NCBI GenBank assembly: GCA_913009875.1
Contig: CAJVYS010000003.1
Coordinates: forward strand, 13,528-77,527
DNA from: an uncultured Gammaproteobacteria bacterium
GTDB lineage: Bacteria > Pseudomonadota > Gammaproteobacteria > SZUA-152
Direction of reading: 5' to 3'
Length of the DNA stretch: 64,000 bases
Under the pieces are notes generated by a model. That model was not told the DNA's origin. It made no database searches and was given only the letters and a program-made list of their open reading frames with translations. Position 1 is the stretch's first letter; every line of letters starts with the position of its first letter. The position numbers and the translations under genes were made by a program. This document shows, piece by piece, positions 1-9,895 of the stretch.

Positions 1-89
1 CTGGGCATGCTTGAGATGCCGTACACCTGTTTAAACGCGGCAGGGGAGGATTGGTTGACAGGAGGTGGGAATTTTTTATAGCTTGAATT

Positions 90-168
90 GCAGTTTTAGA
101 AATTGTGGGAGCGGCTTCAGCCGCGAATAAAGGTTGGTTTTATTCGCGGCTGAAGCCGCTCCCACAGG
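90..168. repeat. REP-like palindromic element, family 1 (arms tgtgggagcggcttcagccgcgaataa / ttattcgcggctgaagccgctcccaca), followed by a T-run
   Basis: Inverted repeat read directly at 104-130 and 140-166. Near-identical copies at 3448-3523 and 12944-13013 share the flank aatttctaaaac. Confidence 0.8.
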
Positions 169-214
169 TTTTTTTGTTTTTTTCCGCCGATCATCGCGGC
201 CAAGGCCCACTCCA

Positions 215-1099
215 CTACCAGCTGTACGCGGCACCCACCCCCGCATACAGGGTGCTACCACCACTGATTTCCGGCATGCGCAACAGGCCACCGTTGAGAC
301 GCAGGCGCCATTGACGGTCGAGGTCAATGGAGAGACGCACGCTGGTTAACCAGCTGGCCAGGCCGTCCACGGCCGAGACACTGCGGTATTCGTCCACGCT
401 CAACAAGGCGCGGCGGAAGGCGTAGCGAAGGCCGGCACTCATGCCATAATCCTCGAAGCCCATAACCAGCTCCAGCGCCAAGGGTGAAAACAGGCGGATT
501 GCCCGGGGGTTGGTGGCCAGCGGGGCCAGGTCACGGTCGTAATCGTGAGCGGACAGGCCCAGGGCAAAACCCCAAGCTCCCCAATAGTAGTTACCGTCAA
601 CGCGAATGCCATAGCTCTCGATCCGCCACTCATCAGGGCAGGTGGGAAAACGGCGGCAAAGATCCGACGTCGAAAGGACGATATTGCGCCACTGTGGGCG
701 AATGGCGAGGGTCCAATCGAGGCTGTTGTAGGCCAGAAATCCGCGTACGGTGGTACTGGTGATGTGGTCCGCCCTGCCCCACTGTTCCAGCTCGGCACCA
801 TAATTCAGTGCCTGCAGCGGGTCGTTGACCATGCCGATAAGAAAGGACTGGGTTGAATAGTCCGAAAATTCGTTGTCGATGCGCGTCTGCACGGCGGAGA
901 ACAGCAGCCGCGGGCCGCCGATGGCGAGGTCGAGATCGAGGTACAGGTCGCTGCGGCCATCATCACCGGCGCTCCACTCCACGCTCAGCAGCGAGGGCAG
1001 TTCATCCAGTGCCAGCAGCGGCGCGTTGGCGCACAGCAGGGCCAGCGCACACAGCAGGCGGCAGATGACCCTTCGCAAACACAGATATTCAATAGGCAA
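215..1099 (-). CDS. putative outer-membrane beta-barrel protein (signal peptide, C-terminal aromatic residue)
   Basis: Long ORF with N-terminal hydrophobic signal-like segment (RRVICRLLCALALLCANA). Alternating Gly/aromatic composition and C-terminal ...YSW. No specific family recognised. Confidence 0.5.
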   Translation of the reverse strand: MPIEYLCLRRVICRLLCALALLCANAPLLALDELPSLLSVEWSAGDDGRSDLYLDLDLAIGGPRLLFSAVQTRIDNEFSDYSTQSFLIGMVNDPLQALNYGAELEQWGRADHITSTTVRGFLAYNSLDWTLAIRPQWRNIVLSTSDLCRRFPTCPDEWRIESYGIRVDGNYYWGAWGFALGLSAHDYDRDLAPLATNPRAIRLFSPLALELVMGFEDYGMSAGLRYAFRRALLSVDEYRSVSAVDGLASWLTSVRLSIDLDRQWRLRLNGGLLRMPEISGGSTLYAGVGAAYSW

Positions 1100-1169
1100 G
1101 ACTTCCCCCTGACATTGGTCAGCGGGAAGATTATACCCCGATGCGCCTTTGCTCTCTCAGCGCAACGCC

Positions 1170-1679
1170 TCAGCGGTGCCTCTGCCGGTGCAGTTCCTGA
1201 CGCTGGCGGGGCGTCAGGTGGCGGATGCGTTCACGGCGTTCGATGAAGTGGCGGCGCTGCTGCGGCGTCATGCTGCGCCAGCGTTCACGCAGGACTCGGC
1301 GACGATCAGTCGGCAGTTGGCGAAACTGGCGGTACTGCTCGCGCAGGTGACGACGCTCGGCCGGTGGCAGGGTCATGAAGCGCTCATAACGCTGACGTGC
1401 GCGGGCGCGTTGTTGCGGCGGCAAATGTTTCCAGCGCTCGAAGCGTTTTTTGAAGCGTGCACGTTGTTTCGGGGAGAGTTGTTCCCAGCGCGCCGCACCC
1501 TTGCGCAGATTCTGTTGGCGTTCGGCGGGCAGGCCATCCCAGTTTTTCTTCAGCGGGGCCAGCAGCTTGCGTTCCTGCTGTGTCAGGACATCCCAGCCGA
1601 TGCCACCGGCATCGTTCCCGGCCCACGTGGCCAGCGGTGCGAGCAATATCAGTACAAATACGATGGCTCTAGTCATCAT
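1170..1679 (-). CDS. DUF3106-family periplasmic protein (repeated W-x-L-P/Q-x-R motifs)
   Basis: Signal peptide MMTRAIVFVLILLAPLATWA. Arg-rich repeats (ERQ..LRKG..RWEQLSPKQRARFKKRFERWKHLPPQQRARARQRYERF...) typical of DUF3106 proteins that follow ECF-sigma/DUF3619 genes. Confidence 0.6.
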   Translation of the reverse strand: MMTRAIVFVLILLAPLATWAGNDAGGIGWDVLTQQERKLLAPLKKNWDGLPAERQQNLRKGAARWEQLSPKQRARFKKRFERWKHLPPQQRARARQRYERFMTLPPAERRHLREQYRQFRQLPTDRRRVLRERWRSMTPQQRRHFIERRERIRHLTPRQRQELHRQRHR

Positions 1680-1920
1680 TGTCTACCTCTGTGTCCTTCG
1701 CCTCAGTCGGCATCGCGGGCGCATCTTCGGCCTCCAGCGCATCGAGCATCTGCAACGGGTCAATCCATTCGCCATCGGCGTCTTCCCAGCTGCCGAGGAA
1801 TTCCAGCAGCGCCAGATCCGGCGCCTGCGTGTCTTCTTCCGCCGCCATCACGCCGGGCGGCAGGAACAATAATCCCAGCACTCCCAACGCTCCCAACAAA
1901 GGAAGGCAACGACTACCCAT
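1669..1920 (-). CDS. small secreted acidic protein (signal peptide, then Asp/Glu-rich tail)
   Basis: Internal start MGSRCLPLLGALGVLGLLFLPPGVMA overlaps the upstream stop (1913-1915). Lies between the anti-sigma-like gene and the DUF3106 gene on the same strand. Confidence 0.4.
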   Translation of the reverse strand: MGSRCLPLLGALGVLGLLFLPPGVMAAEEDTQAPDLALLEFLGSWEDADGEWIDPLQMLDALEAEDAPAMPTEAKDTEVDNDD

Positions 1921-2269
1921 TGTCGTCTTCCGCGGGAGCACCCTCGGCGACCCAGGCGTAGAACTCCAGATCGGCGTAGAACTCCGGGTCGGCCTCATCA
2001 CTGAGCAGGGCAATATCTTCCAGCGCGGCAAAGCTGTCGCCCATCGGCGGCACCTGCCACAGGCTGACAGTCAGCACCGCCACTGTGGCGGCTGCGGCCA
2101 AGCCGCTGGCCGGCAGCAGCCAGACAGGCCTACGCGGTCGCTTGGCTGCGGCCAACGCCTCACGACGGGCAGCGCCCAGGCGGGCCTGCGTGGCGCCATC
2201 AATGCGTTGTTCGGCCTCGTCCAGCACGGTGCTGATCCGTCGCAGAAAGTCATCCTGCTGTTCACTCAT
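1913..2269 (-). CDS. DUF3619-like single-pass membrane protein (putative anti-sigma factor)
   Basis: Start MSEQQDDFLRRI overlaps the sigma-factor stop (ATGA at 2266-2269). One transmembrane segment (LLPASGLAAAATVAVLTVSLW) and an acidic periplasmic tail. Sits in the sigma / DUF3619 / DUF3106 arrangement. Confidence 0.55.
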   Translation of the reverse strand: MSEQQDDFLRRISTVLDEAEQRIDGATQARLGAARREALAAAKRPRRPVWLLPASGLAAAATVAVLTVSLWQVPPMGDSFAALEDIALLSDEADPEFYADLEFYAWVAEGAPAEDDNG

Positions 2270-2892
2270 GGCCAGTGATCCTCCAGTTTGTCGCGCAGTG
2301 CCTGCACCGCGCGGGAATAATGTGTCTTGACGCTGCCAGCACTGATACCCATGGCCGTGGCCGTTTCCGCCACGCTCAGGCCCTCCCACTGACGCAACAA
2401 AAAAGCCTGCTGCTGGCGCAGGGGCAGCGCGTGCAGGGCGACATCCAGGGCGTCAATGGCGCACTGCAAACCCAGACTGCCATCCGGGCCGGGGGCATGG
2501 CTGGCAATGCTGGTCTCCAGCGGGTCGCCGCCCATCTCATCATCCGCCGCCCCCCGGGGAAAGCCCAGCCACTGCCGCCAACGATTGCGCACCCGGCTGC
2601 GCCGGTGCCAGTCGTGGATGGTGCTCTGCACGATGCGCTGAAACAAAGGCCCCCACTCCGCCTCGGGGCGGTCCGCATAGCCTTTCACCAGACGCAGCAT
2701 GGCATCCTGCACGATATCCAGGGCATCCTCACGGTTGCTGGTGGCAATCCAGGCCATGCGATAGGCCCGGCGTTCCATACCGGCGAGAAAACGATCCATT
2801 GCCTGCGTTGATTCCAGCCTGTGCTCTCCATCGAATCGTGCCTGCGCCCATTCTGGCCGCGAGGGGTAGTGGCTGTCTACGGCATCCCGCAT
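2266..2892 (-). CDS. RNA polymerase ECF (sigma-70 family, sigma-E-like) sigma factor
   Basis: Region-2 motif AWIATSNREDALDIVQDAMLRLV and region-4 HTH LSVAETATAMGISAGSVKTHYSRAVQALR. Start placed at MRDAVD (cat at 2890-2892). An internal start MDRFLAG at 2799 is also possible. Confidence 0.8.
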   Translation of the reverse strand: MRDAVDSHYPSRPEWAQARFDGEHRLESTQAMDRFLAGMERRAYRMAWIATSNREDALDIVQDAMLRLVKGYADRPEAEWGPLFQRIVQSTIHDWHRRSRVRNRWRQWLGFPRGAADDEMGGDPLETSIASHAPGPDGSLGLQCAIDALDVALHALPLRQQQAFLLRQWEGLSVAETATAMGISAGSVKTHYSRAVQALRDKLEDHWP

Positions 2893-2983
2893 CCGGGCTA
2901 TGTTTCTACTACTTAACGCGGCAGTCAGCCATTGGTTGACAGAGGAGTGTAAAATCCTGCTTGCAGCCCTAAAGAGAAAAACG

Positions 2984-3391
2984 ATGAGCACACAGAAACA
3001 GGCCTTCGCCGAACGACTCAACGACGCCTTGGACAATATCCGCTTCCCCGCGCTGGGCAATGGCCGCCTGAGCCGCTTGTCAGAGCTTCTCAGCACCCGG
3101 CAACTGGAAACCGACCGCTGGCTGAAGGGAGTGGATTTCCCCCCCACCTCGGTACTGGTCAAGCTGGCCGAGCTGACCCAGACGCGATCCAACTGGCTGC
3201 TTTCCGGCCAGGGTGCACCCTTCGAGCCGGGCAGACACCCACGCGGCACGGGCAAGATTCCGCCGGCGACGGGAAAGGAAAAGCTCAGCAAGGAAGCGCT
3301 GGAACTGGGACTGAAGTGGATGAAGCTGCCGCGACAGCAACGCCAAGCCATTGCGCGGGTGGTAGAGGAGTTGGTGGGGGATGAGGATTGA
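2984..3391 (+). CDS. HTH-type transcriptional regulator (cI/Xre-like DNA-binding protein), divergent from the ECF sigma gene
   Basis: ATG at 2984 (MSTQKQAFAERLNDAL...). The segment LSRLSELLSTRQLETDRWLKG... reads as an HTH. Divergently placed relative to the ECF sigma operon. Confidence 0.5.
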   Translation: MSTQKQAFAERLNDALDNIRFPALGNGRLSRLSELLSTRQLETDRWLKGVDFPPTSVLVKLAELTQTRSNWLLSGQGAPFEPGRHPRGTGKIPPATGKEKLSKEALELGLKWMKLPRQQRQAIARVVEELVGDED

Positions 3392-3403
3392 GGCGATTTT
3401 AGC

Positions 3404-3575
3404 TGTAGGAGCGGGCCATGCCCGCGATAACTATGCCTGAAAAACCTCTGTGGGAGCGGCTTCAGCCGCGAATAATGGCGGGCCCTATTCGCGGCTAAAG
3501 CCGCTCCCACAATTTCTAAAACTATAATTTCTGTGATGAAAAATAAACTATCGCGGGCATGGCCCGCTCCGATCT
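3404..3575. repeat. nested palindromic elements: family-1 REP (3448-3523) inside an outer palindrome (tgtaggagcgggccatgcccgcgataactat ... atagtttatcgcgggcatggcccgctcc)
   Basis: Outer arms at 3404-3436 and 3546-3575 are reverse complements. The inner copy matches the 90-168 and 12944-13013 elements. The outer arm resembles the element at 45122-45194. Confidence 0.7.
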
Positions 3576-3583
3576 CAAGATCG

Positions 3584-4243
3584 TCAAAAGCGCATCACCA
3601 GACCAGCAGTAATATCCGCCTGCATCAGCGATGAGCCGCCACTGACCGCGATATTGCAACCGCCACTGCCGCAGAACAGGCTGCCGCTGTAATAATTGAA
3701 GGGCAGAAGCAACCGGCCCTGCAGGTTCAGACCAAGGCGTTTGCTGAGCATCATCTCCATGCCCAGGCCGAAGTGCATGGAAAACCGGGTTTCGCTGGAA
3801 TAGCCCGAATCGCGTGGTGAAAAATGGGTGACGCCAAAGGTGCCCATGCCGTAGGTCCGCACTCTCCCTTCGTTGATCACCTTGGTGCCACCGAGCTGGT
3901 AGTGGTCCACGCGCATGTCGAACAGGTCTCGGCTCATACCGCTGAGGTCGGCCTTTTCCTCCACCGTGGTGTCGTAGGTGGAGAAGGAGAATCGCATCCG
4001 GGTGGTATGGCTGCCACGGTAAGGAAGGTCCAGGTTGACGCCATAGTCCGCGGTTTCTTTGATGCGCAGCTGGCCGTCACGGGTGTTGACGGTGCCACCG
4101 AAGATCCAGCCGGTGAAGGGCGTAATGGTGAATGCTTCCTGCGCAGCCATGGCCGGCGTACACAGTACGAATAGCACGCCAACAACAAGCCCTCTCCCAT
4201 CGAGGGAAAGGCCTATCCGTCCCAACGGGCTAAGCATCGCCAT
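3584..4243 (-). CDS. small outer-membrane beta-barrel protein (OmpW/OmpA-beta-barrel-like), terminal Phe
   Basis: Signal peptide MAMLSPLGRIGLSLDGRGLVVGVLFVLCTPAMA. Alternating hydrophobic beta-strand pattern, ends ...GLVMRF. Starts 13 nt after the ABC gene stop. Confidence 0.6.
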   Translation of the reverse strand: MAMLSPLGRIGLSLDGRGLVVGVLFVLCTPAMAAQEAFTITPFTGWIFGGTVNTRDGQLRIKETADYGVNLDLPYRGSHTTRMRFSFSTYDTTVEEKADLSGMSRDLFDMRVDHYQLGGTKVINEGRVRTYGMGTFGVTHFSPRDSGYSSETRFSMHFGLGMEMMLSKRLGLNLQGRLLLPFNYYSGSLFCGSGGCNIAVSGGSSLMQADITAGLVMRF

Positions 4244-6038
4244 CTTCGGCCACCCGCTCCTTTTGCTGCAGGATCCACATCTCCGCATAGCGTCCTTGCG
4301 CCGCCAGCAGTTCCTGATGGGTGCCGCGCTCGATAATACGCCCGGCATCCATCACCAGGATCTGTTCGGCATCGACGATGGTGGACAGACGGTGGGCGAT
4401 GACCAGGGTGGAATGACCGCGGCTGGCCTGTTTCAGGGCGCCGAGGATGGCCTGTTCGGCATGGCTGTCCAGGGCCGAGGTGGCCTCGTCGAAGATGAGG
4501 ATCTGCGGCCGCTTGAGAATGGCACGGGCGATGGCGACGCGCTGCTTTTCACCGCCGGAGAGCTTCAGGCCGCGCTCACCGACGCGGGTGTCGTAACCCT
4601 CCGGCAGGCTGACGACAAAGTCATGCAACTGCGCCAGGCGCGCCGTTTCGATGATCTCATCAAAGCTGGCATCCGGGCGGGCGTAGCGCAGGTTGTATTC
4701 GATGCTTTCGTTGAATAGCACCGTATCCTGCGGCACGATGCCGATGGAGGCACGCAGGCTGGCCTGGCTCACGTCGCGGATATCCTGGCCATCGATGAGG
4801 ATGCGCCCGCCGCTGACATCGTAGAAGCGGAATAGCAGCCGCGCGAGGGTGGACTTGCCCGCCCCGCTGTGGCCCACCACAGCCAGCTTCTGCCCCGGCA
4901 GGATGGTGAAATCGACGTCGTGCAGGATGGGCCGCTCGGGCTGATAGGCGAAGTCGACGTGTTCGAAGCGCACCTCGCCGCGAGTAACCTCCAGCTCGCG
5001 GGCGTCCGGCTTGTCGGTGATCTCCGGCTGTTCGTCGAGCAGCTTCACCAGCTGATCCATATCGGTGAGCGAATGGCGCATCTGCCGGTACACCATGCCG
5101 AGGAAGCCCAGGGGCATGAACAGCTGCAGCAAAAAAGCATTCACCAGCACGAAGTCGCCGATGCTCATGTTGCCGTCGATAACCTCAGCGGCCGCGAAGA
5201 ACATCACCACCGTCACGCCCACGGCGATGATCGCGGCCTGACCGAAATTGAGCACGGAGATGGAGGCCTGGCTCTTCACCGCGTTGGCCTCCCACTGCTC
5301 GAGGGTGCGGTCGTTGCGCTCCACCTCCAGCCTTTCATTGCCGAAATATTTAACCGTTTCGTAGTTCATCAGGCTTTCGATGGCCTGATTGCTGGCCTCG
5401 GATTCGAAGCGGTTCATGGCCAAGCGGTATTCCAGGCGCCAGTTGATTACAGCAAAGGTGAAAGCAATGTAGGCCGCCACGCTGGCGAAGATCACCACGG
5501 CGAACACGGCATCGTATTGGCTGAGCAGGATACCGCCGACCAGGATGAACTCCACCGCCACCGGCAAAATACTGAAGGCCATGTAATTGAGGATGGTGCT
5601 GAGGCTGGCGGCGCCGCGCGCGAGGTCACGCGAAATGGCGCCGGTCTTGCGTTCCAGATGAAAGCGCAGCGACAGGCGGTGCAGATGCTCCAGGGTGCGC
5701 AGGGTCAGGCGGCGCATGGCACGGTAGCGCACGCGGGTGAACAGCACGTCGCGCAGCTCACCGAACAGGGAGCTGCCCAGCTTGGCCAGACCATAGGCCA
5801 ACAATAGGCCCATCGGCAGGGCAACAAGAACCTGATCCGCACTCACATCCAGCCGGTCCACCAGCCCCTTGAGGGCCAGCGGCACGCCCACATTCGCCAC
5901 CTTGGCCAGAACCAGACAGCCCAGCGCCAGCATCACCCGGCCGCGGTATTCCCACAGATAGGGCAACAGGGCGCGGATATTGGCCCAGTCATTGCGGTCG
6001 GCGCTGGGGGCCGCCGTGTAACGGTAGTGTGCGGACAT
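4230..6038 (-). CDS. ABC transporter, fused permease/ATP-binding protein (Atm1/HMT1-type exporter)
   Basis: Six-TM N-terminal domain plus NBD with Walker A GHSGAGKST, signature [14 protein letters not shown] and Walker B ILIFDEATSALD. Confidence 0.85.
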   Translation of the reverse strand: MSAHYRYTAAPSADRNDWANIRALLPYLWEYRGRVMLALGCLVLAKVANVGVPLALKGLVDRLDVSADQVLVALPMGLLLAYGLAKLGSSLFGELRDVLFTRVRYRAMRRLTLRTLEHLHRLSLRFHLERKTGAISRDLARGAASLSTILNYMAFSILPVAVEFILVGGILLSQYDAVFAVVIFASVAAYIAFTFAVINWRLEYRLAMNRFESEASNQAIESLMNYETVKYFGNERLEVERNDRTLEQWEANAVKSQASISVLNFGQAAIIAVGVTVVMFFAAAEVIDGNMSIGDFVLVNAFLLQLFMPLGFLGMVYRQMRHSLTDMDQLVKLLDEQPEITDKPDARELEVTRGEVRFEHVDFAYQPERPILHDVDFTILPGQKLAVVGHSGAGKSTLARLLFRFYDVSGGRILIDGQDIRDVSQASLRASIGIVPQDTVLFNESIEYNLRYARPDASFDEIIETARLAQLHDFVVSLPEGYDTRVGERGLKLSGGEKQRVAIARAILKRPQILIFDEATSALDSHAEQAILGALKQASRGHSTLVIAHRLSTIVDAEQILVMDAGRIIERGTHQELLAAQGRYAEMWILQQKERVAEDGDA

Positions 6039-6154
6039 ACGATAATCCCTATTTTTTCAGCAGTTATTCGCCTCGCGCAGGCTGGGCGCCACTATAAATC
6101 CCACCTCTCCCAATTGCACGGCGGGCTGCAAAAAAACTAAATCTGGCCTCGCAG

Positions 6155-6661
6155 GTGCCGATAGGACTGGCAGCCATACCAAGCCGGTACGACCAGATGT
6201 ATCCCAACGATGGACAAGCTCCAACTTCGGCCCATGTCCATCCCCTGAAAAAAAGTGAACCCGTGATCGCTAAGTTTCGCATATTGACCCTGCTGCTCTC
6301 TGCCGCTCTGCCTATTGCCCCGGCACAGACCAAGGCCGATGCGGAGGGCCAGTATGAACGGGGAGAAAAATTGTTCTCAACTTACTGTGTCCGCTGCCAC
6401 GGTAAGAATGCCGATGGCGAGGGCCGTATGGTTAAACGGCTGTATCGCAAACTGAAAACCCAACTACCCAGTAATTTCACTCTGGGTATTTATTCAGACC
6501 GCCCGGCAGAATACCTGCACAAGATCATTACCAATGGCGGTGAAAACCATTCCATGAGCAAGTACATGCCGCCATTCGGTGAAGAGCTGTCAGCCAAAAA
6601 TATCGATGACCTGGTGCACTTCATCAGGAAGACACCGGAAAAGTATGCTATCGACCCGTAA
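6155..6661 (+). CDS. class I mono-haem c-type cytochrome (true start probably internal, GTG 6263 or ATG 6197)
   Basis: Single CVRCH haem-binding motif. Signal-like segment KFRILTLLLSAALPIAPAQT. C-terminal MPPF..L..L..FI pattern typical of cytochrome c. Confidence 0.7.
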   Translation: MPIGLAAIPSRYDQMYPNDGQAPTSAHVHPLKKSEPVIAKFRILTLLLSAALPIAPAQTKADAEGQYERGEKLFSTYCVRCHGKNADGEGRMVKRLYRKLKTQLPSNFTLGIYSDRPAEYLHKIITNGGENHSMSKYMPPFGEELSAKNIDDLVHFIRKTPEKYAIDP

Positions 6662-6727
6662 ACGACCCCGGACAGAAATACGTCACATGAAACAAATGAG
6701 CTACAGAGCATCTCAGAGGAACCCATC

Positions 6728-8359
6728 ATGTTAGAGACTCTCGTAAAAGGTCTGTCCCATATTGGCTGGCGCACCAAAATACTCAGCCTGTCAGGCTTGT
6801 ACATTTTGCTGATTCTGGCGGTCGGCCTGTTTGGCGCCTACACCATCTATCAGCAAAACCTGGGTATGGAAAACATGGTCCAAAAGGCACAACCCCGGGT
6901 CAATCTCGCCACCAATGCGCGGGTCGCGGTGGTTGAGCTGGGCCGTGCCCTGGCCAACGTCGTCGCTGCCGAACAGAAGAAAGAAATCCGCCGTGAGTCC
7001 GTGGCTGCGATTCGCGCCCTTTCCATGCTGGATGAGCAGGTTCAAACACTGGCCACTAACCTTCCCGACAGCCAGGAGGTCAAACAGCTGACGCCGTTGA
7101 TCGAAAAGCTGCGCCCGACGCAAATGGAAGTAATCAAGGCGGCAAAGAAAAATAACGACAGTGAAGCAATGAAAAAGATGCGCAGCATCACCGAAGACTC
7201 ACAAAAAATTGATGACCTTTCTCTGCGACTGGTAGAAAAAGAGCGCGGTAAATTATCTGAGATGCAGCGTATTTCCAGTGAAAAAAGCCATACCGTTATC
7301 ACCGTCATGGCCACGATTATCGGCATCGGCCTGATCATTGGCATACTCGCCAGTCTTCTGGCAGCCTACCTGGTCACCAAGCCACTGGGTATGATAGAGC
7401 AGACCATGACCGCCATCGCCGACGGTAACCTGAAGGTTCGTATCGATGATGCAGGCACCGACGAGATCGGCCGTACGGTCAATGCCATCAGCCGCACCGT
7501 GCGCAACCTGCACGAGATCATCTCCAAGATCCGCAGCGGCGCCCTGCAGCTAGGTGAACAATCAAACCAGGTGGGACAGGCGGCCGAGGTGGTCAATGAA
7601 GTCTCCACTAAACTGCATGACAGCGTGGTGGAGATTCAGGATGACGCGGCACTGGTCACATCGGTCACCGACAACGTCGCCACCAGACTGGGCGAGACGG
7701 CTGAGGCGGCGCAACAGACTTCAAAGGCGACCCGCGAGGCCTCCGAACAGCTACTGGCGACGGTCAGGGAATTTGAAAAATTTCAGGCAGATATGGAAAG
7801 CACCGCCAAGGCAACACGTGAACTGTCTAGCGCCGCCGATGAGGTCACCAGCATCACCGACACTATTCGCGATATCTCTTCACAGACCAATCTACTGGCA
7901 CTCAATGCCGCCATAGAGGCTGCACGTGCTGGGGATCACGGGCGAGGATTCGCCGTCGTTGCCGATGAGGTCCGCCAGTTGGCCAAGCGTACCGAAGAGG
8001 CAACCTCGGAAATTTCTGGTCTGGTCGAGGGTATTTCCGGCAGCGTCAGCACCACGGTCGATGCCCTGGAAAACAGTGTTGGCAATGCGAAATCCAATAT
8101 AGATCGCCTCACCAGCCTGGCCGATGAAACCACCCTTAGCAGCCAGCGTGTACAGGAAATGCGTACCAGTATGATGGAGGTGGACGATCTGATGGTGTCG
8201 CAGGGTCAGGCCGTACAACGCATCACATCAACCGTCTCGGCCCTGGTCGATGTCTCATCGGACGCCAACCGGCAAACCATTGAACTCAGTGAGTTGTCAG
8301 GCAACCTGGATGCCGCCGCCACGGATCTGAACAAGGTCGTCGACAGATTTAACCTGTAA
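6728..8359 (+). CDS. methyl-accepting chemotaxis protein (4HB-type periplasmic sensor, HAMP, MA domain)
   Basis: Two TM segments flanking a ~170-aa periplasmic domain. HAMP domain. Highly conserved signalling motif [31 protein letters not shown]. Confidence 0.9.
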   Translation: MLETLVKGLSHIGWRTKILSLSGLYILLILAVGLFGAYTIYQQNLGMENMVQKAQPRVNLATNARVAVVELGRALANVVAAEQKKEIRRESVAAIRALSMLDEQVQTLATNLPDSQEVKQLTPLIEKLRPTQMEVIKAAKKNNDSEAMKKMRSITEDSQKIDDLSLRLVEKERGKLSEMQRISSEKSHTVITVMATIIGIGLIIGILASLLAAYLVTKPLGMIEQTMTAIADGNLKVRIDDAGTDEIGRTVNAISRTVRNLHEIISKIRSGALQLGEQSNQVGQAAEVVNEVSTKLHDSVVEIQDDAALVTSVTDNVATRLGETAEAAQQTSKATREASEQLLATVREFEKFQADMESTAKATRELSSAADEVTSITDTIRDISSQTNLLALNAAIEAARAGDHGRGFAVVADEVRQLAKRTEEATSEISGLVEGISGSVSTTVDALENSVGNAKSNIDRLTSLADETTLSSQRVQEMRTSMMEVDDLMVSQGQAVQRITSTVSALVDVSSDANRQTIELSELSGNLDAAATDLNKVVDRFNL

Positions 8360-8502
8360 CCGCGAAACACCCTGGATGGCTGCAAAATCACTGGCATATT
8401 TACTTTAATGGCCTAATATCTGTTAGGTTTGCAAAAAATTAATTTCATTCTGCAACTATTGCAGGCAGAAAAATGATTAGCGAAAGAGAGAGAGGAGACC
8501 TC

Positions 8503-9522
8503 ATGAAAACACATTCCACATTGACCCGCATGCTCCACAAGGTACTGCTCATTACCTGTCTGGGCGCAGCCGCCGCAGGCGTGCAGGCTGCGGAAGACTA
8601 CAGCAGCTTTCTGAGGCCTGCTGAAATCCCCCAGCCGGACAACAACCGCATTACCACAGCACGCACCGAGCTGGGAAAGATGCTGTTCTTCGATCCCCGT
8701 CTCTCTGGCTCCAACTGGATCAGTTGTGGCACCTGCCATAACCCGGCCCTCGGCTGGTCCGATGGCCTGCCCACCGCCATTGGCCATGGTATGGGTGTCC
8801 TGGGACGCGCGACGCCCACCATCCTCAATACTGCCTATCAGCCACTGCAGTTCTGGGACGGCCGGGCACGGACGCTGGAAAAACAGGCCCTGGGCCCGAT
8901 TAAGGCCGCGGGTGAAATGAACCAGGATCTGGATGAAGTCATCAAGGAGCTTTCCGTCCTCAAGGGCTATCGCGATGCCTTTGAAGATGCCTATCCGGGC
9001 GAGGGCATCACGAAGAAGACCCTCGCCAAGGCCATTGCGACCTACGAGCGCACCATCGTTTCCACAGAGTCACCCTTTGACCGCTGGGTGAAAGGTGAAA
9101 CTCACGCCATGAGCAAGACGGCCCAGCAAGGCTTCGAGGTATTCCTCGGCAAGGGGCGCTGCGTGCTGTGCCATGGCGGCTTTAACTTTACCGACAATGG
9201 CTTCCACAATCTGGGCCTGAAGGGTGACGATGATCCGGGCCGCTATGGCATTCGCAAGGTCAAGATCCTCAAGGGCGCCTTCAAGACACCCACCCTGCGG
9301 GATGTCGAGCTTACCGCCCCCTATATGCACAACGGCATGTACAAAACGCTGGAAGAAGTTATTGATCACTACAACCGGGGTGGCGACACAAAGGATAATC
9401 TTGACCCCAACATGCAGCCCCTGCATTTGAATGCCAGCGAAAAGGCCGGCCTGGTGGCCTTTATGAAGGCGTTAACGGGTGAACCTGCGCCGGTCACACT
9501 ACCCCGTCTGCCCGTCGAATAA
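8503..9522 (+). CDS. di-haem cytochrome c peroxidase (CCP/MauG family)
   Basis: Two haem motifs CGTCHN and CVLCHGG with conserved spacing, PTLRDV.LTAPYMHNG motif, signal peptide. RBS agagaggagacctcATG. Confidence 0.85.
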   Translation: MKTHSTLTRMLHKVLLITCLGAAAAGVQAAEDYSSFLRPAEIPQPDNNRITTARTELGKMLFFDPRLSGSNWISCGTCHNPALGWSDGLPTAIGHGMGVLGRATPTILNTAYQPLQFWDGRARTLEKQALGPIKAAGEMNQDLDEVIKELSVLKGYRDAFEDAYPGEGITKKTLAKAIATYERTIVSTESPFDRWVKGETHAMSKTAQQGFEVFLGKGRCVLCHGGFNFTDNGFHNLGLKGDDDPGRYGIRKVKILKGAFKTPTLRDVELTAPYMHNGMYKTLEEVIDHYNRGGDTKDNLDPNMQPLHLNASEKAGLVAFMKALTGEPAPVTLPRLPVE

Positions 9523-9544
9523 TTGCAAAATCAAGGAGACAATC

Positions 9545-9895
9545 ATGCAAACTCAGTCAAAACAGAAATTGCTTCATGCTGCCTTTATCATCGCCGCCAT
9601 GCTCACTACGATCACTGCACAGGCCGCCGAAATTGTCGTTGACCAGCACAACAAAACCTTCGTCGTCGAGGGCAACAAGGTTGAGGCCATTACCATCAAT
9701 GCCGGCGATACCCTTCGCTTCAGAAACGATGACCCCTTCTTCCACAATATTTTCTCACTGTCAGACCTGAAAACCTTTGACCTGGGCTCATTCCCCAAAG
9801 GGCAGTCCAAGACAGTTACCTTTGACAAGGCCGGGATGGCGGAAGTGGAATGCGCCATCCATCCGGAGATGTACATGGAGGTTACGGTGAAATGA
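9545..9895 (+). CDS. type-1 copper (cupredoxin/plastocyanin-pseudoazurin-like) protein
   Basis: Signal peptide. Copper-ligand pattern His (FHNIFS) ... Cys-x2-His-x2/4-Met (ECAIHPEMYM). RBS aaggagacaatcATG. Stop overlaps the next start (ATGA). Confidence 0.65.
   Translation: MQTQSKQKLLHAAFIIAAMLTTITAQAAEIVVDQHNKTFVVEGNKVEAITINAGDTLRFRNDDPFFHNIFSLSDLKTFDLGSFPKGQSKTVTFDKAGMAEVECAIHPEMYMEVTVK

Noticed and set aside
2930-2965. TTGACA hexamer at 2936-2941 as a promoter for the HTH gene
   Set aside because: The only -10-like sequence (TAAAAT) is 8 nt downstream, which is the wrong spacing. No convincing -10 at 16-18 nt.
2266-3510. 414-aa ORF as tracked
   Set aside because: Only the C-terminal ~208 codons (2266-2892) encode the ECF sigma factor. 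The upstream 200 codons are Ser/Arg-rich read-through across the divergent promoter region and a REP element.
4869-5807. 312-aa plus-strand ORF
   Set aside because: Antisense to the Atm1-type ABC transporter gene.
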